From: a virus
Lineage: Duplodnaviria > Caudoviricetes
Direction: 5' to 3' (one strand)
IMG/VR virus record: IMGVR_UViG_3300036786_000192
Coordinates: 1 to 32,027 of that record
Length of the DNA: 32,027 nt
Below are positions 18,009 through 28,200 of the stretch, piece after piece. The stretch's first letter is position 1. Every line of letters starts with the position of its first letter. Both the position numbers and the translations under genes were made by a program. The notes below the pieces were generated by a model. That model worked only from the letters and a program-made list of their open reading frames with translations, searched no databases and was not told the DNA's origin.

Positions 18009-18868
18009 TGTACCCCGCCGTCGCCGCCGCGATGAGCGGTGCCCAGGCCCCCGTCATTGCGGCGGCGGCGGCGAGCGGCTTCACCTTCGCGAACGCCGAG
18101 GCGGCGGCGGTCGTGGTCGCGATGACCAGCCCGCCGGACGATGCCCGCAAGCAGCTGATCGACGATCTGGTCGGCGCGCTGAAGAACGGCGCGACCAGCG
18201 GCTCCGACATCTGGGCGAAGCTCGACTTGCTCTACATCCTCGCCGCCGCCGACCGGCAGGCCGCCTTGCTGAACTGGAAGGGTGGGGGCTTCGACGGCAC
18301 GATCGCCGGTACCGGGACCTTCACGTCCGATCGCGGCTGGCAGGGCGACGGATCGACCGGCTATATCGATACCGGCTTCGACCCGACGATGGCGACGGCG
18401 CCGAATTACGCGCTGAACAGCGGGCATCTCGGCTTCTGGTCGCGGACGCCGGATGCGGCGGCCAGCACGGTGTCGCGGGACATCGGCTCGAACGGCAGCG
18501 GCAACGGAGCCGTCGCGCGGGACTCGAACGACAATGCATCCTGCGCGATCAATACGATTATCAACCTCCAAAACGGCCCGACCTTCGGTCCGAACAGCGA
18601 CGGCAGCGGTCATTTTTCCTTCAATCGCTCGGCGAGCGACGCGGAGCAGGTCTACCGGAACGGTGTCGACATCGCCACGGTGAACAGGAACAAGGCGTCG
18701 CGAATACTTGTCGACGCGAACATCTTCGTCGGTGCGACGGGTAGCCCGCTCGCCCTTTCCTCGCGCGAGTTCGCAGCCGCGCACATTGGCGCAAGCCTGA
18801 ATGCCCCGGAAACCGCAGATCTCTCCAATGCGCTCCAGACTTATCTTCACCAGGTAGGGGCCGCCTGA
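18008..18868 (+). CDS. Putative spike/receptor-binding virion protein, copy 1 (lectin-like beta C-terminus)
   Basis: ATG at 18008 coupled to upstream stop; IWAKLD.LY.LAA, FTSDRGW.GDG..GYIDTGF, YRNG motifs; paralog at 19874. Confidence 0.65.
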   Translation: MYPAVAAAMSGAQAPVIAAAAASGFTFANAEAAAVVVAMTSPPDDARKQLIDDLVGALKNGATSGSDIWAKLDLLYILAAADRQAALLNWKGGGFDGTIAGTGTFTSDRGWQGDGSTGYIDTGFDPTMATAPNYALNSGHLGFWSRTPDAAASTVSRDIGSNGSGNGAVARDSNDNASCAINTIINLQNGPTFGPNSDGSGHFSFNRSASDAEQVYRNGVDIATVNRNKASRILVDANIFVGATGSPLALSSREFAAAHIGASLNAPETADLSNALQTYLHQVGAA

Positions 18869-18926
18869 CGTCGACCGCCACTCGACTACCCGGCAAATTC
18901 GGGAACCGTTTTCCCGTTGAGCGAGA

Positions 18927-19541
18927 TCAGGTGGTCCCTTTCGTTCCTGCGTTGGTGAGGATGGTTTGCGAAATATGGCCGACCGACCATGAAAGCTGGT
19001 GATCTACGAAGATTTTGACCCCGGCCGCGCCGAGCTTGCGGAAAAGGTAATAATCCTCGCCAACGAAGTTCTCGCCATCCTCGCTCGGTTCGTTCAGGAA
19101 ATAAGGCTTCTCGATTTTGCTGAAAACCGAGGTCTTCATCAGGCATAAGCCGAGTCCCATGGCGTCGACCTCCGTCAGCGCCCCTTTTTCGGCCAATTCC
19201 CTTGTTGTGGCAAACCATAAGCCGGGCCCGAGCGATGCCGTCGGCTGCTCCGGCATAAGCCGTTTGGCATAGTTCGCCCCCACAACGTCGAGATCGTGAG
19301 AGAGGAGCCTGGCAAGCGCGTCCGGTGGGAATGTGTGATCGGCGTCGAGCCACAGAATATAGTCTGCCCCACCCGTGATCGCCGCCTTGACCAATGACTG
19401 CCGAATGCCGGGAAGAGTGGCGGAGCTGCCTGCGATAAGCCCAATCTGCGCCTTGACCGTATGCAGAAGAAGCTGACCCAGGCTGACCATGAACGCCAGC
19501 TTCGGATCGCCATGGCAGGGGATGCAGACCGCGACTTTCAT
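18927..19541 (-). CDS. GT-A fold glycosyltransferase, copy 1
   Basis: MKVAVCIP, ADYILWLDAD (DxD), VVGANY, GLGLCL, GEDYYL, VGHI; start set by alignment with paralog. Confidence 0.82.
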   Translation of the reverse strand: MKVAVCIPCHGDPKLAFMVSLGQLLLHTVKAQIGLIAGSSATLPGIRQSLVKAAITGGADYILWLDADHTFPPDALARLLSHDLDVVGANYAKRLMPEQPTASLGPGLWFATTRELAEKGALTEVDAMGLGLCLMKTSVFSKIEKPYFLNEPSEDGENFVGEDYYLFRKLGAAGVKIFVDHQLSWSVGHISQTILTNAGTKGTT

Positions 19542-19873
19542 TCGGGCGGCGGCATAGCAGAAGGCATGGTTTGCCACATCGGATAAAATTGCGGGACTTC
19601 ATCCTGATTCCCGCTCGCAACCGAAGCGTATCAGCGTCGCCGCCAAGCCATGTCCGCAAGGCCATCTGGAATGGACTTTTGTTTTACCGTTCTTTTCGGC
19701 CTGCTCATTCCACCTGACTGAAAACCACTCTAGCGAACGCCACGCACAATCCGGCAGGACCGCCGTCATCGTCGCTCCTTGGCGCGAAAGGGAGGAATTG
19801 TGATCGACCTCATCGCCTGCCTGCCTCCGCTTGGCTTCGGCTCGGATCGTATCGCTGTCGGGACTTTCGGCAG

Positions 19874-20689
19874 ATGAACCCTGCCGTCCTCGCCGCTTTG
19901 TGCGGCGCCCATGTCTCCGTCATGGCCGCGGCGGCCGAAGGCTTCGTCTTCGCGAACGTCGAGGCGGCGGTTGTCGTTGCCGCCATGACGAGCCCGCCCG
20001 ACGATGCCCGCAAGCAGCTGATCGACGATCTCGTCGGATCGCTGAAGAACGGCGTGACCAGCGGCTCCGACATCTGGGCGAAGCTCGATTTCCTGTGGGT
20101 GCTGGCGGCGGCGGACAGCCAGGCTTCACTGATCGACTGGAAGGGAAGCTACGACCTCACCGCCAATGACGCGCCGACCTTCACCGCAGACCGGGGCTGG
20201 AACGGCGACGGGGCTACGGCGGGGATGAACCTGTCGAGCGCGTTCACGCCGTCGACGGCGGGAGGCCAGTGGGGAACGAACAGCGCGCATATCGGCGCGT
20301 TTAATCTTACCGCAGCCAGCTCAAGCGCCATTTCGGCTGGCGCGAGCACTGCCGTCGTTAGCGGCGGCACCGGTTCACCGGGCGGCTGGATTGGAACCAA
20401 CTTCTTTGGCGAAACCCCCGCGCCGGCGGGCTCGGCGCCTCACCACATCTGCATCAGCCGAACCGGCAACACGACCCAAGTCGCGTACCGAAACGGCGTC
20501 GGCGGATCGACGCAAACTTCGTCCGCAAGCGCCGTCGTCACTCCGATCTTCGTGCTTTCCGACAGCGCGGGAGGCCCAGCAACAGACGCAAACATCTCTC
20601 TCGTTCATGGCGGCGCCGGGCTGAGCGCGGCCGAAGTGCTCGACCTCTACAACGCCGTCGCGACCTATTTGGCCGGGGTTGGCGCCTGA
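19874..20689 (+). CDS. Putative spike/receptor-binding virion protein, copy 2
   Basis: 34/36 identical residues to copy 1 over AMTSPPDD...IWAKLD; divergent beta-rich C-terminal half. Confidence 0.65.
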   Translation: MNPAVLAALCGAHVSVMAAAAEGFVFANVEAAVVVAAMTSPPDDARKQLIDDLVGSLKNGVTSGSDIWAKLDFLWVLAAADSQASLIDWKGSYDLTANDAPTFTADRGWNGDGATAGMNLSSAFTPSTAGGQWGTNSAHIGAFNLTAASSSAISAGASTAVVSGGTGSPGGWIGTNFFGETPAPAGSAPHHICISRTGNTTQVAYRNGVGGSTQTSSASAVVTPIFVLSDSAGGPATDANISLVHGGAGLSAAEVLDLYNAVATYLAGVGA

Positions 20690-21279
20690 TGCTTCAGCAC
20701 GGTCTCCGCGATATGCCCGATCTCCCAGGAAACGGCATGATCGACGTAGACCGGTATCTTGGCGGCAAGTAGATTGCCGAAAAGGAAACTGTCCTCCCCT
20801 ATCGCAATCTTGCGGTCGCGGTCATAGCCGAAGAGAAACCACGGTTCGGGAAGCCGCTCGAAAATCGAGGTGTTGGTGAGGCACAGGCCCAGACCCAGAG
20901 CGGACACCTGCTCCACGCTTCCGGACCTGACCTTCTCTTCCGTCGTGGCGACAGGCGTTTGACCGATATAGGCGGTTGAGGGTTGTCCGGTTTGGCGCCT
21001 CACGCAATTGGCGCCGACCACGGGTACGTTGCGGGCGAGAAGTCGGCTCAGCGTGTCCGGTGGAAAGGTCATGTCCGCGTCGATCCAGAGGATCCAGTCG
21101 GCGCCCCATTCCCGGGCCTGGGCGACGAGCACGTTCCTGGCCTGTGGAAGGATCGCGGAGCTCACGACGAACAGGCGCACGTCGACATTTTCAATTCGAT
21201 GGTTCGTCAGCCCCACCATGCTCAATAGGAAGCCGAGCTTCGGATCGCCGTGACAGGGTGTGCAGATCGCGACCTTCAT
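20665..21279 (-). CDS. GT-A fold glycosyltransferase, copy 2
   Basis: MKVAICTP, ADWILWIDAD, VVGANC, GLGLCL, GEDSFL, IGHI; 3' end overlaps convergent gene by 25 nt. Confidence 0.82.
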   Translation of the reverse strand: MKVAICTPCHGDPKLGFLLSMVGLTNHRIENVDVRLFVVSSAILPQARNVLVAQAREWGADWILWIDADMTFPPDTLSRLLARNVPVVGANCVRRQTGQPSTAYIGQTPVATTEEKVRSGSVEQVSALGLGLCLTNTSIFERLPEPWFLFGYDRDRKIAIGEDSFLFGNLLAAKIPVYVDHAVSWEIGHIAETVLKHQAPTPAK

Positions 21280-21338
21280 TTGACGGACCATAACATGCCG
21301 ATGCTCTTCGCACAGCATCGCAACCACACGGAGGAATC

Positions 21339-22802
21339 GTGGCCGATCTCATCACCTTTCTTCCACCGCCGGGGCTCAGCTCGGACGACACGACCTTCGA
21401 GGATGAGGGGAAGTGGGCGGACGGCTCGAACGTGCGCTTCCGGCAGGGCAAGCCGGAATGCATCGGCGGCTGGTCTTTGCTGATCTCCGGCCTCGCCGCG
21501 TCGATCACCGACATGCTCGGCTATATTTACGATTCCATCCCGCACGCCGTTTATGCGGGCGGGTGGAAGCTCTATGTCGCCAACGAGCTCGACACGACGC
21601 CGACGGACGTCACCCCGACCGGCCTCACCAGCGACGACACCTCCGCCAATTGGGCGCTCGCCGCCTTCGGATCGACGCTGCTTGCCTCGCAACGCCTCGG
21701 CAAGCTCTACGCCATGCCGGTGCCGGGAACGCCCGCGGCGCCGGTGGCCACCGCGCCGGCGCAGATCATGTCGATGCTGGTGACGCAGGAACGCCAGGTG
21801 CTCGCCTTCGGCTGCAACGAGGAGGTGTCGGGCATCTTCAACCCGGCCTGCATCCGCGGCAGCGACCTCGAAGACTATACGGTCTGGACGACGCTCCCGA
21901 CCAACAATTGCTTCGAGCATGTCCTCGACGACGGCGGCATGATCTTCGCCGCGGCTTTGGTCGGCGCCTATGTCGGGGTGTGGACGACGAGCGGCCTGTG
22001 GATGGGCCAGTTCATCGGCGATCCGAGCCAGACCTACCGCTTCGACCGGGTCGATACCGGCGTCGGCATCGTCGCCACCGGCGCGGTCGCGATCGACAAG
22101 GGCATCGCTTACTGGGTCGGCATCGACCTCAATTTCTACCGCTGGGAGCCGGGCGCGGCGCCCGAGATGCTCGCCTGCCCGATTTCCAAGGATTTCAAGG
22201 AGAACGTCGTCTCGGGGGCCTCGATCCGGGTCGAGGTCAATCCCTCGTTCAACGAGATCTGGATCCTCTATCCCGACAATCGCGACACGCCGGGCGTCAA
22301 TTGCAGCCGCTACGTCGCTTATTGCGTCGACGAATCGGCGGCGGCCGCGGCGGCGGGCGGCATGGCGGTCTGGTATCGGGGCCAGCTCGCGCGGGATTCG
22401 ATGCTGCCGCCGGGGCCGCTCTCGCAGGTGCTCGGCGCCCAGACCTTGATGGGCGACGTCGCCGGCAACATCTACACGCACGAAATCCCGACCGTCGCCC
22501 CGGATGCCTGGTTCATCCAGTCGGCGGACCAGTATCTCGGCAACAGCCGGACGCGGATGATGGTGCGCGGGTTCGTTCCGGATTTCGATTATCAGTCGGG
22601 CGACGTCACGCTCACCCTGCTGATGCGCGACCGGCCGCGGTCGACGCCGGTGACCAAGGGCCCCTACACGATTCCCAACACCGCGGCGAAGCTGGATTTC
22701 CGCGCCTCGGGCCAGATCGCCGCGGTCCGGCTCGACGGCACCGCCACCTATATGCGGCTCGGCAAGCCCCTGTTCGACACGGCTCCGCTCGGCGAGCGGT
22801 GA
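21339..22802 (+). CDS. Tail nozzle / DNA-stabilisation protein (gp10 / tubular protein B-like beta-propeller)
   Basis: GTG after GGAGGA; PPG...D.T....G.W.D..NVRFR.G.PE.IGGW start; FNEIW..YP; FR.SG....VR C-terminal motif. Confidence 0.72.
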   Translation: MADLITFLPPPGLSSDDTTFEDEGKWADGSNVRFRQGKPECIGGWSLLISGLAASITDMLGYIYDSIPHAVYAGGWKLYVANELDTTPTDVTPTGLTSDDTSANWALAAFGSTLLASQRLGKLYAMPVPGTPAAPVATAPAQIMSMLVTQERQVLAFGCNEEVSGIFNPACIRGSDLEDYTVWTTLPTNNCFEHVLDDGGMIFAAALVGAYVGVWTTSGLWMGQFIGDPSQTYRFDRVDTGVGIVATGAVAIDKGIAYWVGIDLNFYRWEPGAAPEMLACPISKDFKENVVSGASIRVEVNPSFNEIWILYPDNRDTPGVNCSRYVAYCVDESAAAAAAGGMAVWYRGQLARDSMLPPGPLSQVLGAQTLMGDVAGNIYTHEIPTVAPDAWFIQSADQYLGNSRTRMMVRGFVPDFDYQSGDVTLTLLMRDRPRSTPVTKGPYTIPNTAAKLDFRASGQIAAVRLDGTATYMRLGKPLFDTAPLGER

Positions 22803-22955
22803 GCCCGCGCCTGCTTGCGGCGGAAGGATCGGGCTCATGGGACCGGTGACGATCGCGGCGATGGCCGGATGCCAGCATGCGGTCCACGCCGCCGGCCCGG
22901 CGGTCCCGGGGCCCTATGCGCCGTGGCGGCCTGATCCGCTTCGGGGAGATGCACG

Positions 22956-23327
22956 ATGATCCCCGTCATGTGGTGCGACTATCTGCCGTGGCGGGCGTCG
23001 TTCGAGCGGGCGCTCGATCCGCGTTTCTTCACGATCGACTATCTCGATCGCCGCATCAATGACGGGAGCGTCAAGCTGTTCGTCTGCCGCGCGGCGGCTC
23101 TGGTCGTCGAGCTCAAAGCCTATCCGACCGGAAATTTCGACGGCCATGTGCTGATCGCGGCGGGCGATCCGGCGGCGATCGTCGGCACCTTGCGGCCCGA
23201 GGCGGAGGCCTGGCTGAAGGGCATCGGCGCGCTCGGCGCCCTGGTCGAGAGCCGGCCGGGCTGGGCGCGGCTGCTTCGCGAACATGGCTATCGCACCCAC
23301 CAGCAGGTGGTGAGGAAGGATCTGTAG
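22956..23327 (+). CDS. Small GNAT-like tail-region protein
   Basis: SRPGWARLL...GY...VRKDL motif typical of small proteins between nozzle and ejection genes; GGGGAG RBS. Confidence 0.6.
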   Translation: MIPVMWCDYLPWRASFERALDPRFFTIDYLDRRINDGSVKLFVCRAAALVVELKAYPTGNFDGHVLIAAGDPAAIVGTLRPEAEAWLKGIGALGALVESRPGWARLLREHGYRTHQQVVRKDL

Positions 23328-25073
23328 ATGGACCAATGGACCCAGCGTTTCGCCGACATCAAGGACCAACTCTCCCAGTCCGGCCTCAACGCCGCCCAGC
23401 AAGGCCAGGCGCTGAGCGGCTGGGTGGCGGCCAATCCGCGGCCGGCCAATGCGGCGCCGCCGCCGATGCTTTCGGGCGATGCCCTTGCCGGCGCGCCGGC
23501 CGGCCCGATGAGCGCGGCGACCGCTTCCGCACCGCCGCCCTTGTTGCCCCAAATGGCGGCGAGTCCCGCGGCGAAGCCCGCGCCGGCGCTTGCGCCCAAT
23601 GTCGCGCCGGTGCCTTTGCCCAGGCCGCCGGCCAACGCGCCGGTTCTGCCGCCGGCCCTTGCCCCGGCCGCGCCGGGCCTTGGCGCGTCACTGGCCATGC
23701 CGCCGCTCGGCGGGCCGAACCTGGCGCGGGCGCCGATCGTCTCGGCCGACGCGCCGATCGCCGCGTCGCCCTTGCTGTCGCCGACGCCGATCCTGCCGCG
23801 GGCACCGCTTATTCCGCAGGTGCCGCCCCCGACCGCGCCGGCCGTGCCGGCGGCGCCTTCCGTGGCGAACATGCGCGTCGGCGCGCCGGTCCAGGCTTCG
23901 TCGCCCGCGCCGGTCGTGCCCGCGCCGAAGCCCGCCGCCATCCCCGCCGCGCCGCTCCCGTCGCCCGCGCTTATTCGTCCGGCCGCCTCGCCGGCGCCGG
24001 CGCCGCTGCCGGTGCAGCCGAGCCCGGCGCCGGCGCCGCCCATGCCCAGGCCAATTTTGTCGCCGACGCCGGCGCCGCTGCCGGCCCCGCTGCCGGCGGG
24101 CGGGCCGAACGCGGCGAACCAGAACGAGAGCTCGAACATCGACGCGCGCGTCAACGCGATCCTGGCCCGCAACAACGCGCCTTCTCCGCCATCGCCAACG
24201 CTCCCTCCGCCTCCGCCGCCGCGGCCGGCCCCGGCGCCCCCGCCGGTCCCGGTCGTGCCGCCGCTTCCGAAGCCGGTTCCTGCTCCGGTGGCTCCGGTGG
24301 CGCCCGCGCCGCCGCCGGCCGCAATGCCCATGCCGCCGGCGCCGCCTCTTGTGGCCCCGCCGGCTCCGGTCGTCGCGCATCCGGTTCCGGCGCCGCCCGT
24401 GCCTGTGCCCGCGCCCGCTCCGGTGCCGAAGCCGGTGCTTCCGCCGGCGCCGCCGCCGATGCTGCCTTCGGCGCCGATCGTGAGCGTGCCGCCGCCGCCT
24501 CTGCCCAGGCCGCCGGTGAGCGCGCCGGTGCTTCCGCCCGCGCCGCCGCCGCCTCCGCCGCCCCGGCCGGCGCCGATGCCCCCGCCGATGCCGGCCGTGC
24601 CGCCACCGCCCGGAACGCCGTCGACGCCGGCGACGATCGCGCCGTTGCCGACCCAGATGCCGACCGTGTCGACGATGTCGCCGGCGCCCAAGGCTCCCGC
24701 CACCGCGAACATCGACACCCATGTCAATGCGCCGACCCAGGTTTCGCTGCCCGTCTATCAGCCGCCGGCTCTGCCCTCCTTCCTCGACGGCGGGCTGATC
24801 CCGAGCTTCACCGGCTACACGCCGGCGCCGTCGATGCCGGGCTATGCGATGCCGCGCACCGGCCACCCGTTCGCGCCGACGCCCGCCGCCCAGAATGCGC
24901 CGCTGCTGCCGGGCTTCAACAACCCGTTCGTCGGGGCGGCCGGGGGCGGCGGCGGGATCGCTTATGGGGTTGGGGGCGCGATCGCCGGCACCGGCTACGA
25001 TCCGAGCGATCCGACGGGGCTGGGGGCGCTTTACGGCCAGCTGCTGGTGCCGAAGATCACGCCGCAGGTTTAG
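23328..25073 (+). CDS. Extremely proline-rich low-complexity protein
   Basis: ATG directly follows upstream stop, with AGGAAGGA RBS; CCG/GCG codon bias in this frame; non-repetitive termini. Confidence 0.65.
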   Translation: MDQWTQRFADIKDQLSQSGLNAAQQGQALSGWVAANPRPANAAPPPMLSGDALAGAPAGPMSAATASAPPPLLPQMAASPAAKPAPALAPNVAPVPLPRPPANAPVLPPALAPAAPGLGASLAMPPLGGPNLARAPIVSADAPIAASPLLSPTPILPRAPLIPQVPPPTAPAVPAAPSVANMRVGAPVQASSPAPVVPAPKPAAIPAAPLPSPALIRPAASPAPAPLPVQPSPAPAPPMPRPILSPTPAPLPAPLPAGGPNAANQNESSNIDARVNAILARNNAPSPPSPTLPPPPPPRPAPAPPPVPVVPPLPKPVPAPVAPVAPAPPPAAMPMPPAPPLVAPPAPVVAHPVPAPPVPVPAPAPVPKPVLPPAPPPMLPSAPIVSVPPPPLPRPPVSAPVLPPAPPPPPPPRPAPMPPPMPAVPPPPGTPSTPATIAPLPTQMPTVSTMSPAPKAPATANIDTHVNAPTQVSLPVYQPPALPSFLDGGLIPSFTGYTPAPSMPGYAMPRTGHPFAPTPAAQNAPLLPGFNNPFVGAAGGGGGIAYGVGGAIAGTGYDPSDPTGLGALYGQLLVPKITPQV

Positions 25074-25111
25074 GGGGCGGCGCCGTCAGCGGGTTTGCTT
25101 CCACCTCCCGT

Positions 25112-25186
25112 CACCCTCACCCAACTTCGCCTAGGCTCCTTCGTCGCCAAGGCTTCGTATCCCTCTCCCCTCAAGGGAGAGGGGGG
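25112..25186 (+). repeat. REP-like element
   Basis: caccctcacccaacttcgcctaggct...aaggcttcgtatccctctcccctcaagggagagggg. Confidence 0.65.
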
Positions 25187-25226
25187 TTTCACCCGCCTTC
25201 ACGCAATCCTTTGACCGGAGGACCCG

Positions 25227-28200
25227 ATGGGCCTTTCTTCTTCTTCGTCCAACTCGACGAGCAACCAGCAGACCAATCAGACCGCCACGACCACCCCGGT
25301 CGCGCCGTCCTGGCTGACCCAGGGGCTGCAAAATTATGTCGGGTCGATCGGCAGCTTCGCCGATTCCGATCCGAACAGCTTCGTCGCCGGCGCCTCGCCG
25401 CTCGAGCAGCAGGCGTATAACAATGCCGACGAGCTTGGCGGGCTCAACAACAATTTCAGCACCGCGTCCAAGATCGCGCTCGGCGTCGCCAACGCGCCGG
25501 CGAGCACGGTCCCGTCCGCCTCCGGCTACGGCGCCGCGCAGGGGGGGGTGTCGACCTATAATCCGGCGACCTTGTCCAACCCGTTCGCGGCGGGCGCCAG
25601 CGGCTATAATGCCGCCCAGACGACCGGCACCTCTTATTCGGCGCCGACCTTCACGCCGGTCAATGTCGGGGCGGGGCTGGATCTCAATGGATTTTCGCCA
25701 TCCTCATCGTCCTCGTCCGGATCCTCGCCGTTCACGATCACGCCTTTCTCCTCGACCTCGCCGCAATCGATCACCGCCGGCGGTTCCATTCCGCAGCCGC
25801 TGACCGCCAATCCGAACGCCGCGCAGGGCGGCTCCTTCACCCTCTCGCCCTTCTCGGCGACGTCGCCACAGGCGGATTTCAACGCGGCTTCGTCCTCGGC
25901 CATTCCCTATGCTTTGACCTCGGCCTCGGGCTACAATTCAGCCAATGCCGCGGCGACCGGCTATGCCGCGCCCAATCTCGGCGCGGCGAGCCAGGCGGCC
26001 GGCGCCGGCTACAATGCCGCCACCGCCAATTCCTCGGGCTATGCGGTGCCGTCGCTCGCCAATGCGGCGCTTGCCACCGGCACCGGCTTCAACGCCGCGC
26101 TCGCCAATGCATCGGGCTATGCCGCGCCCAATCTCGGCGCGGCGAGCCAGGCGACCGGCGCCGGCTACAATGCCGCCAATGCCGCCGCCGCCGGCTATGC
26201 GGTGCCGTCGCTCGGCGCCGCGAGCCAGGCGACCGGCGCCGGCTACAATGCCGCCAACGCGGCCGCGAACGGCTATTCGGTGGCGTCGCTCGGCAATGCC
26301 GCGCTCGCTTCGGGCCAGGGCTATAATGCCGCGCAGGCGGGGCCGGTGACGATCGCGCCGGCCGCCAATGCGGCCGCGTCCAACGCCCAGGCGGCGAGCC
26401 TGCTCACCAACCTCAATGGCTACATGAACCCCTATCTCGGCCAGGTCGTCAACGCGAGCATGGCCGATTTCGACCAGAATGCCGCCGTGCAGCAGGCCCA
26501 GCTCAAGGCGCAGGGCGCGGCCGCCGGCGCCTTCGGAGGATCGCGCTTCGGAGTCGCCCAGGCGAGCCTGGACGACGATCTCGCCCGCGCCCGCGCCACC
26601 ACCGAATCCGGCCTCCTCTCCAACGCCTTCAACACTGCGGCCGGCCTTTCCCAGTCGGACGCCGCCAACCGCCAGCAGGCGAGCCTGTTCAACGCCCAGA
26701 ACCAGACCGGCGTATCGCAGGCCAATGCCGCCGCCGCCAACCAGCGCGCGCTCAGCCAGGCGCAGCTCAGCGCCCAGCTCGGCCTCGCCAACCAGTCCGC
26801 GACCAACCAGGCGTCGGAGTTCGGTGCCAATGCGCAGAACGCGGCGAGCCTCGCCAACCAGTCGGCGAACAACCAGTTCGCGCTCACCCGCGCCGGCATG
26901 CAGAATGACGAATCCCAGTTCGCCGCCTCCGCGCAGAACCAGGCCTCGCTCGCCAATGCCGCCGCCGCCAACCAGGCCGGCCAGTTCGGCGCCAATGCGC
27001 AGAATGCGGCGAGCCTCGCCAACCAGTCGGCGAACAACCAGTTCGCCTTGACCCGTGCGGGCATGCAGAATGACGAGGCGCAATTCGCCGCCGGCGCGCA
27101 GAACCAGGCCTCGCTCGCCAATGCCGCCGCCGCCAACCAGGCCGGCCAGTTCGGCGCCTTGGCGAGGAACAATGCCAGCCTCGCCAACCAATCGGCCAAC
27201 AACCAGTTCGCCCTGACCCGCGCCCAGCAGCAGGCCGACGCCTCGCAATTCGGGGCGGCGGCGCAGAACCAGGCGGCGCTCGCCAACGCCTCGGCGCGCA
27301 ACCAGGCGAGCCTGTTCAACGCCCAGGCGACCAATGCCGCCGGCCTTTCCAACCAGAGCGCGCTCAACCAGTTCGCCCTGACCCGCACCGGCATGCAGAA
27401 CGACCAGGCGCAATTCGCGGCTTCGGCGGCGAACCAGGCCGCGCTCGCCAATGCGGCGTCGCGTAACCAGGCAGCGCAGTTCGGCGCGACGGCCCAGAAT
27501 AATGCCAGCCTCGCCAACCAGTCCGCCAACAACCAGTTCGCGCTGACCCGGGCCCAGCAGCAGGCCGACGCCTCGCAATTCGGGGCGTCGGCGGCGAACC
27601 AGGCGGCGCTCGCCAATGCGGCGGCGGCCAACCAGGCGGGCCAGTTCGGCGCGGCGGCGCGCAACACCGCCAGCCTCGCCAACCAGGGCGCCGTCAACCA
27701 GATCGGGCTCGCCCAGGCGCAGATGCAGAACGACGCCGCCAAATATGGGGCGGATACGGCGAACCAGATGGCGCTCGCCAATGCCGCCGCGCAGAACCAG
27801 GCGGCGCAGTTCGGCGCGACGGCGCTGAACAATGCCGGCCTCGCCAACCAGAGCGCCGGCAACCAGTTCGCGCTCGCCCAGGCGCAGATGCAGAACGACG
27901 CCTCGCAGTACAATGCGACCGCCAACAATGCGTCGATGCAGGCCTATCTCGCCGCGCTCAACCAGTCGGCGCAGTTCAACGCGGGCGCGCAGAACCAGGC
28001 GAGCCTGTTCAACGCCCAGCAGAATGAGGCCGGGCTCGCCCGCCAGCTCCAGGCGGCCAATGCGCTCAGCCAATATGGCAGCGATTACGGCACCAACACC
28101 CGCGCGGATCTGGGCGCGATGTCGCAGCTCGGCGCCCAGCAGCAGCAGATCGAGCAGGCTTATGCCCTGGCGCCGCTCGCCCAGCTCCAGGCGGTCGGCC

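Noticed and set aside
19580-19873. Small gene in the spacer between the two spike/GT cassettes
   Set aside because: No ORF with convincing RBS, length or motif.
18008-20689. Diversity-generating retroelement or invertase shufflon acting on the spike paralogs
   Set aside because: No reverse transcriptase or recombinase in the window; similarity is at the 5' end, in direct orientation, and not adenine-specific.
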